From: an uncultured Actinomycetota bacterium
GTDB taxonomy: Bacteria; Actinomycetota; Actinomycetes; Mycobacteriales; Micromonosporaceae
DNA: 64,000 nucleotides
Direction of reading: 5' to 3'
Assembly: GCA_963815125.1 (NCBI GenBank)
Contig: CAWFFM010000001.1
Location: forward strand, 484,713-548,712
Shown piece by piece: positions 58,011 to 64,000 of this stretch. Numbering within the stretch: the stretch's first letter is position 1; the number at the start of each line of letters is the position of its first letter. The position numbers were made by a program, and so were the translations under genes. Below the pieces are notes generated by a model. The model made no database searches. It was not told the DNA's origin and saw only the letters and a list, made by a program, of their open reading frames with translations.

Positions 58011-59540
58011 TCAGCTGGCCCGGGCGGCGTGCTTCGCCGCGTACATCGCCCGGTCCGCCGCCTTGAACCCGGTCATCGGACCGGACCGCAGGTCCAGTTC
58101 GGCCCAACCGATGCTCACGCTGATCGGCGTACCCGGCACCAGCGCGTCCCAGTCCTCGGTGGCGAAGGCGGTGCGCACCCGGTTCGCGATCTCGTACGCC
58201 TCGGTCAGGTTCGTGGTGGGCAGCACCACCACGAATTCGTCGCCCCCGTAGCGGGCCACCAGGTCACCGCGCCGCATCACCCGGGCGAGCAGTTTGGCGG
58301 CCCGTTGCAGTACCAGATCTCCGGCCAGATGCCCGTGCACCGTGTTGACCGTCTTGAACGAGTCCAGGTCCAGTACGCCGATGACCCCCCGCTCGCCACG
58401 CCGGGACATGTTGTCCACGTGCTGCTCCAGGTGGCGCCGGTTGGGTAGCCCGGTGAGCGGATCGGTCAGCGCCTCGTCGGCGTACCGGGCGACGGTGCGT
58501 TGCAGGTCGTTGTGGTCCAGGCGGGCCTCGACGCCGTCGATGAACAGGTCCCGAAGCCGGTCGATGGCCTGCGCGGTGAGCCGGAACGCCTCCCGGTCGG
58601 CGCGGCTCGCGGCGACATGGTCGCCGTTGGCGGCGTGCGCGATGGCGCGCAGCCGGGGCACCTCCGAGGCGCCGAGGGTGCGGGATTGCACATGGGCCTG
58701 GCCCAGCCTGTTCAGCGCCTGCGCCGGGCGTCCGTTCGCTATGTCGAGGCACGCGGCGCCGAGGATCCGCAGGTCGGCGGCCAACGGGTCATGGGTACGC
58801 CGACCACCGAGCCAGGTGTAGGCCGACATCGGCATCGGCTCGCCGCAGGCGCCGAGCCGGGCGATCGCGTACCCGATGTAGGGCCGGTCCATCTCGGGCA
58901 GTTCATGGCAACTCTGCGCGGGTGGTCCGGCGGGCAACTGGGTGAGTACATCGTGCAGGATCCGGATACAGCCATCCGAATCGCCGCGATGGTCCAGGGA
59001 GACCGCGAGGCGGACCCGGATCTCCGGCAGCAGGTACGCCGCGGCCGGCAGCCCGGCCGCGGCGGCGATACGGCGACCCCTGTCCACCGCGCCCAACGCG
59101 TGACCGTGGAAGCCGATGCAGGAGTAGGTCAGGGCCAGATCGGCCCAGGCGTCGGCGGTGTCCCGGTCGGGTCGGGTGACCCCACCGAGGGCACGGGAAC
59201 TGCGGACCAGGTGGGTGACGCAACGCTCCAGCGAGCCTTCCAGGTAGGCGATGTACGCGGCATGCGCATGCAGCTCGCCGACATGGCTTGGACTGGGATA
59301 GTCGCGCATGATCTGGAAGGCACGGTCCAGCGCGCTGGGGCATTCCCCGTACCGGCCCAGGTTGAGCAGGCAACCGATCTTGGCGAGGATCGCGTGCGCC
59401 ACGGTCGCGGTGTCCCGCGACTCGGTCAGCGCGGCGTCGACCAGCTTCTCGGCATCCTCCGAGCGGCCGGCCCGGATGAGGCGACGGACCTCGTCGCGGT
59501 AGCCGTCCGCCTTCCCCGAGATCGGGCCCGGCCATGCCAC
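58011..59540 (-). CDS. GGDEF-domain diguanylate cyclase with an N-terminal helical-repeat (TPR-like) domain of about 330 aa
   Basis: DPLTGLPNRRHLEQ...VLDLDSFKTVNTVHGHLAGDLVLQ...ARYGGDEFVVVLP shows an intact GGDEF motif. No RxxD I-site is obvious directly upstream of it. The start is GTG. Confidence 0.85.
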   Translation of the reverse strand: MAWPGPISGKADGYRDEVRRLIRAGRSEDAEKLVDAALTESRDTATVAHAILAKIGCLLNLGRYGECPSALDRAFQIMRDYPSPSHVGELHAHAAYIAYLEGSLERCVTHLVRSSRALGGVTRPDRDTADAWADLALTYSCIGFHGHALGAVDRGRRIAAAAGLPAAAYLLPEIRVRLAVSLDHRGDSDGCIRILHDVLTQLPAGPPAQSCHELPEMDRPYIGYAIARLGACGEPMPMSAYTWLGGRRTHDPLAADLRILGAACLDIANGRPAQALNRLGQAHVQSRTLGASEVPRLRAIAHAANGDHVAASRADREAFRLTAQAIDRLRDLFIDGVEARLDHNDLQRTVARYADEALTDPLTGLPNRRHLEQHVDNMSRRGERGVIGVLDLDSFKTVNTVHGHLAGDLVLQRAAKLLARVMRRGDLVARYGGDEFVVVLPTTNLTEAYEIANRVRTAFATEDWDALVPGTPISVSIGWAELDLRSGPMTGFKAADRAMYAAKHAARAS

Positions 59541-59695
59541 GCTTCGACCCCCTCTGGCTCTGGCGGTGGAACTCAGATCAGCGTGACCCGTGGAGACAGC
59601 TGCGGCCGGCGGACGGGAATGTGGATGATGGACGGGTGCATCATCCGGAACAGACCCGCTGCTCTCCGGCCACGCCTGACCGTACGCCAGTCGGT

Positions 59696-60538
59696 GTGGT
59701 TCTGGCCAGAGCGGTGAGTGAGCTGCGCGCCGCCGGCAGACCGTCCCCCCGGACCGACGCCGAACTGCTGGCCGCGCACGTGCTGGAGGTCCGGCGCGGA
59801 CAGCTCCTCACCGCGGTCGGCTTCGACCCCGGGCAGCTGGAGCGATACCAGGAGCTGATCTCCCGGCGCGCGGACAACGTACCCGTACAGCATCTGACCG
59901 GCAGCGCGGCTTTCCGGTATCTGGAGCTGTCGGTGGGTCCGGGGGTCTTTGTGCCTCGCCCGGAGACCGAACTGCTCGTCGACTGGGGTCTGGCGGCGCT
60001 CGCCGGCCGTACGGCGCCGGTCGTGGTGGACCTGTGTGCCGGCTCCGGGGCGCTGGGCCTCGCCGTGGCCCAGGAGTGTCCGGACGCTGCGGTGTACCTG
60101 GTGGAGCACGATCCGGCGGCGTTGCGCTACCTGATCCGCAACGTGGATCTCCGACAGGCCGCCGGAGATCCACGTTGTGTGGTGGTCCCGGCCGATGTGA
60201 CCGCGCCGGACCTGCTGCCCGACCTGACCGGGCGGGTGGACCTGGTGCTGTCCAACCCGCCCTACGTGCCGTCGGGGACCGTACTGCCCGACGACGTCGC
60301 CGGGGTCGACCCGGACCGGGCGCTGTACGGCGGGCCGGACGGACTGGCGGTGATCCGGCCGCTGCTGGACAGCGCCGCCCGGCTGTTGCGTCCCGGTGCC
60401 GGTCTGGCGGTCGAACACGACGACACACACGGCACGGCGGTACCCGACCTGTTCCGCGCGGATCCCCGGTTCGTCGACGTCGACGCACACCGCGACCTGG
60501 CCGGACGACCCCGGTTCGGCACCGCCCGGCGATGCTGA
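59696..60538 (+). CDS. prmC: release-factor glutamine N5-methyltransferase
   Basis: The motifs are SPRTDAELLAAHVL, VVDLCAGSGALGLA (the SAM motif) and SNPPYVP (NPPY). The GTG at 59696 was chosen to give about 280 aa. The ORF is listed from 59534. Confidence 0.85.
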   Translation: MVLARAVSELRAAGRPSPRTDAELLAAHVLEVRRGQLLTAVGFDPGQLERYQELISRRADNVPVQHLTGSAAFRYLELSVGPGVFVPRPETELLVDWGLAALAGRTAPVVVDLCAGSGALGLAVAQECPDAAVYLVEHDPAALRYLIRNVDLRQAAGDPRCVVVPADVTAPDLLPDLTGRVDLVLSNPPYVPSGTVLPDDVAGVDPDRALYGGPDGLAVIRPLLDSAARLLRPGAGLAVEHDDTHGTAVPDLFRADPRFVDVDAHRDLAGRPRFGTARRC

Positions 60539-60603
60539 CCGCGGTGGTGCTGGCTGGCGGTGGTGCTGGCGGCGGTGGTGCTGTGCGGCCGGCCGGCGCG
60601 CCC

Positions 60604-61266
60604 ATGGAAGAGTGTCCGGACGTGACGACGTACGACTGCCGGACCCCGACGGACCGTCGGACCGGGATCGAGGCCGCGGTGCGTGCCGTGCGGAGTGGCG
60701 AGTTGGTGGTGCTGCCGACCGACACCGTGTACGGCATCGGTGCCGACGCCTTCGACGCCGCCGCGGTGGCCCGGCTGCTCGCCGCCAAGGGCAGAGGCCG
60801 GGACATGCCACCGCCGGTACTGGTCGGCAGTCCTGATGCACTGCGTGAGCTGGCACCCGACCTGCCCGCCGCGGCCGGCCGGCTGGCCACCAGCTTCTGG
60901 CCGGGTGGGCTGACCATCATCGTTCGGCATGCTCCTGGCCTGACCTGGGACATTGGCGACACGGACGGTACGGTTGGCGTCCGGATGCCGGCAGATGAGC
61001 TGGCACTGGAACTGCTGCGGGCCACCGGTCCGCTCGCGGTGTCCAGCGCCAACCGGCACGGCAGCCCGCCGGCCGCCACCGCCGCGCAGGCACGTCGTCA
61101 GCTGGGGAACGCGGTGTCGGTCTTCCTGGAGATGGGTACCTGCCCGGGTGGTGTGCCGTCCACCATCGTCAGCCTGGTCGAGGACCCACCGCGAGTGGTA
61201 CGTGCCGGTGTGGTGTCGGAAACCCGGCTGCGTACCGTACTGCCCGATCTGGTGTCGACGGGATAG
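60604..61266 (+). CDS. L-threonylcarbamoyladenylate synthase (YrdC/YwlC/Sua5 family)
   Basis: The motifs are VVLPTDTVYGIGADAFD, KGRGRDMPPPVLV, WPGGLTII and AVSSANRHGSPPA. The ATG at 60604 lies inside the longer listed ORF. Confidence 0.85.
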   Translation: MEECPDVTTYDCRTPTDRRTGIEAAVRAVRSGELVVLPTDTVYGIGADAFDAAAVARLLAAKGRGRDMPPPVLVGSPDALRELAPDLPAAAGRLATSFWPGGLTIIVRHAPGLTWDIGDTDGTVGVRMPADELALELLRATGPLAVSSANRHGSPPAATAAQARRQLGNAVSVFLEMGTCPGGVPSTIVSLVEDPPRVVRAGVVSETRLRTVLPDLVSTG

Positions 61267-61318
61267 CGTGGCGGCAATCCCCCGACGCTGGCGGCGGAGA
61301 TCAGCAGAGGAGGGACCG

Positions 61319-61972
61319 GTGTCGGATCTGGACGCGGCGCGGCCGCCATTCGCGGTACTGCATGTCTGCATGGGCAACATCTGCCGGTCGCCGATGGCCG
61401 AGCGGCTGCTGGTCGCCCGGTTCACCGACCAGGTCACCGCCGATCATGAAGCGGACCAGCAGAGCGCGGTGCTGCCAGATCTGGCCGGACTGCTCTACAG
61501 CCACAGCGCCGGCACCGGCGGCTGGCACGTGGGGGAGAGCATGAACCCGCCGGCGACCCGTCAGGTGCTCGAGCGCGGCGGCGATCCGGCCGGCTTCGCC
61601 GCCCGACAACTGCACGGCGAGCACATCGACGGTTCCGATCTGATCCTGACCGCGACAGGCGAACAGGCCAGCTATGTCACCGCGCTGCGGCCTGATGCTC
61701 TGTCGCGCACCTTCGCACTGCGTGAGTTCGGCCGGCTGCTGGCCGACATCGACCCGGGTCAGCTACCGCCGGCCGCGCCGACTCCGGAGGCCGTACTGGC
61801 CCGGGGCCGGGCACTGGTCGCGGTGGCCGATCGGCGACGCGGTGGCTGGCCGCCCCGGCCCGAGGACGACCTGGACGATCCGTGGGGACTGGGCGACCGG
61901 TTCTTCGGCCGCATCGCCGACGAGATCGAGACGCCGTTGCGCCGGCTGGCCAGGATCCTGTCCGGTCGCTGA
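61319..61972 (+). CDS. low-molecular-weight protein-tyrosine/arginine phosphatase family protein
   Basis: VLHVCMGNICRSPMAE is the CX5R(S) P-loop, and a DDPWG motif lies downstream. The GTG at 61319 lies after GAGGAGGG. Confidence 0.85.
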   Translation: MSDLDAARPPFAVLHVCMGNICRSPMAERLLVARFTDQVTADHEADQQSAVLPDLAGLLYSHSAGTGGWHVGESMNPPATRQVLERGGDPAGFAARQLHGEHIDGSDLILTATGEQASYVTALRPDALSRTFALREFGRLLADIDPGQLPPAAPTPEAVLARGRALVAVADRRRGGWPPRPEDDLDDPWGLGDRFFGRIADEIETPLRRLARILSGR

Positions 61973-62331
61973 AACGTACCGGCGACGCTCTGCGTGGGAT
62001 GGGCTGCACGAGTTGGGCATCGCCGCTAGTATCAGCATGCCGCCCCCTCGTTCGGGGCGTGCCACAGGCAGTCTTCCCAGTGGCCTCTGCGCCACCTGGG
62101 ACGGTGCCGGTTACCCTGCCCCATTGGCGGCCGAAACCCCTCTGTGTGATAGCGTTCCGGCGAGCCGCGAGGCTCCTTGCCAATGCTCTGACGTGCGGGC
62201 GCGGAGTGGCGGCAACGGAAACAGAAGACAATGTCGAGCCGGCCCCGACAGGGCGGATCCCTCATCCATACCCCGGATGTGCGGTCCTGACCCCTGCCGG
62301 CATGTTCTGTCGTTGGGGGGCGTGATGGGCT

Positions 62332-62538
62332 GTGGCCAAGGGTTCGCAACCAACTGCCTGGGACCTGATCACGTTGGGTTCGACAGGCGCGGCATGCGTC
62401 ATCGGTGGCACCGGTCTCGGGCTCTTGGTCGACTGGCTCGCGGCGACGAGTCCGCTCTTTTTGTTCGTGGGTCTCGGGCTTGGCATCATATTCGCCTGTC
62501 TGACGACGTACATCCGAGTTCGTAACTACCTGAGTTGA
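62332..62538 (+). CDS. AtpZ/AtpI-family small membrane protein preceding the F1Fo operon
   Basis: The 68-aa protein has two TM helices (LITLGSTGAACVIGGTGLGLLVD and LFLFVGLGLGIIFACLTTY). Its position upstream of atpI and atpB fits. The start is GTG. Confidence 0.6.
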   Translation: MAKGSQPTAWDLITLGSTGAACVIGGTGLGLLVDWLAATSPLFLFVGLGLGIIFACLTTYIRVRNYLS

Positions 62539-62954
62539 GAGGTCGTCGAGTGGTCAACGCCCAACCTTCAGGTGTCGTGGTCTCGCCAAGGGCGGCCGCG
62601 AACCTCAAGAGGTCGCTGGTCCTGGCAATCCCCTGCGGCTTGGTCTCGCTGCTGATCCTCGCTCTGCTCGGGCACCCGCTGGGCGGCCTGTTCGTCGTGA
62701 TCGGCCTGGCCCTCGGTTTCGTCAACGTCTGGTTGGTCCAGCGGACCGTGGTCCGCTTCGGTGAGAACCACAGCAAGTCGGCCTTCCTGCGCTCTGTCTT
62801 CGGGCGTCTCGCCGGCCTCACCATCGTCGGCGTGGTGAGCGCCTACTTCATCCGGCCGGACGGCTTCGGCGTCCTGGCCGGTATCGCGCTGTTCCAGGTA
62901 TTGATGCTGATCGGTGCCATGACTCCGATGATGAGGGAGCTGCGGCAGTCATGA
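62535..62954 (+). CDS. atpI: ATP synthase protein I-like membrane protein
   Basis: The protein has four hydrophobic helices. It overlaps both the upstream stop and the atpB start (ATGA). It sits in the canonical atpI position. Confidence 0.6.
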   Translation: MRGRRVVNAQPSGVVVSPRAAANLKRSLVLAIPCGLVSLLILALLGHPLGGLFVVIGLALGFVNVWLVQRTVVRFGENHSKSAFLRSVFGRLAGLTIVGVVSAYFIRPDGFGVLAGIALFQVLMLIGAMTPMMRELRQS

Positions 62955-63682
62955 CGACACTCGCCGAGAACACGATTGAGATCGGTGACCACCACACGGC
63001 CACCATCGGTGGTCTGGTCTTCAACATCGACACGATCCTGGCGACGGTCATCGCCGGTGCGGTCATCATCGTCCTGGGGCTGGTCCTGCGGGCGAACGTC
63101 ACCAGCGATGGTGTGCCGGGCAAGCTCCAGGTCGGCTGGGAAGCGCTGGTCAACTTCATGGAGGACCAGATCCGTTCCCTGATGGGAATCCGGACCGCGC
63201 CCTTCGTCGTGCCGCTGTCGGTCTCGCTGTTCGCCTTCATCCTGATCAGCAACTGGCTCGAGCTGATCCCGATCCCGGGACACTGGTTGCCCGCGCCGAC
63301 CGGCGATGTGAACACGACCTACGCGTTGGCGATCCTGGTCATCCTGTGGTTGCACGCGGCGAGCGTGCGTAAGAACGGTCCGAAGAACTACATCGCGCAC
63401 TACTTCAAGCCCTTCAAGGGGCTGGCTCCGCTGAATGTTCTCGAGGAGCTTGTGAAGCCGATTTCGCTGTCTCTCCGGTTGTTCGGCAACATCTTCGCCG
63501 GCGGCCTCATGATCAGCGTCATCGCGTTCCTCTTCCCGGCGTACCTGCTGTGGGTGCCCAACGCCCTTTGGAAGCTGTTCGACATGTTCGTCGGCGTTAT
63601 CCAGGCAGTGATCTTCGCGTTGTTGACGATCGTCTACTTCTCTCTGCAACTCGGGCAGTCCGAATCGCACGAGCAGCACTGA
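62951..63682 (+). CDS. atpB: F0F1 ATP synthase subunit a
   Basis: PISLSLRLFGNIFAGGLM contains the essential Arg motif. The motif AVIFALLT is present, and the protein is 243 aa. Confidence 0.95.
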   Translation: MTTLAENTIEIGDHHTATIGGLVFNIDTILATVIAGAVIIVLGLVLRANVTSDGVPGKLQVGWEALVNFMEDQIRSLMGIRTAPFVVPLSVSLFAFILISNWLELIPIPGHWLPAPTGDVNTTYALAILVILWLHAASVRKNGPKNYIAHYFKPFKGLAPLNVLEELVKPISLSLRLFGNIFAGGLMISVIAFLFPAYLLWVPNALWKLFDMFVGVIQAVIFALLTIVYFSLQLGQSESHEQH

Positions 63683-63750
63683 GGCGACGCGGAGCCATCC
63701 AGCCGGTAACCATGATCCAACCGAGGAACTGAACGTTCCCCAACTAGTAG

Positions 63751-64000
<250 letters not shown>

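Overview
This is a very GC-rich actinobacterial chromosomal segment. The gene order and protein styles look Micromonosporaceae- or Streptomyces-like, but that is inference only because no search was possible. I call about 55 protein genes, one tRNA-His, three hairpin terminators and several repeats and palindromes.

The right two thirds is a conserved housekeeping string: lysX, then divergently argS-lysA-hom-thrC, thrB, rho, an rhtA-like exporter, rpmE-prfA, prmC, a tsaC-like gene, a low-molecular-weight phosphatase, and atpZ-atpI-atpB-atpE (atpE runs off the window). Lineage-specific insertions break this string:
- a hypothetical protein plus an M36 protease between thrC and thrB
- a very large phosphodiester-glycosidase/metallophosphoesterase fusion after the exporter
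- an antisense GGDEF gene between prfA and prmC

The left third is more accessory. It carries an MHYT membrane protein divergent from a HypX-like gene, three proteins sharing a Cys-bracketed SH3-like domain, an LCP protein, a USP, a LarA-like protein, a lipase, an MMPL transporter, HU, pirin, glutamate decarboxylase, ctaD, a CDF transporter, orn, a NamZ-like protein with a MurR regulator, an acyl-CoA synthetase and a group-2 sigma factor.

The candidates most worth a second look are:
1. A tightly coupled three-gene operon (14547-16482, minus strand) encoding a signal-less RlpA-like DPBB protein with 15 cysteines, a Tat-signal protein and a MauE-like redox membrane protein.
2. An about 800-nt rho leader containing an array with 16-nt periodicity of CTTCC-GAGAC-AGG units. 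Their CTTCCC cores are complementary to the rho ribosome-binding site.
3. A HypX-like (CO-forming type) gene paired with an MHYT sensor-type protein, with no hydrogenase genes inside the window.
4. The SH3-like trio, in which one copy is fused to a membrane-anchored HTH regulator.

All product calls rest on motif recognition from memory. Start codons are often uncertain, because the ORF track uses ATG, GTG and TTG starts. Many long ORFs in the track are off-frame or antisense artefacts of GC-rich DNA and were rejected.
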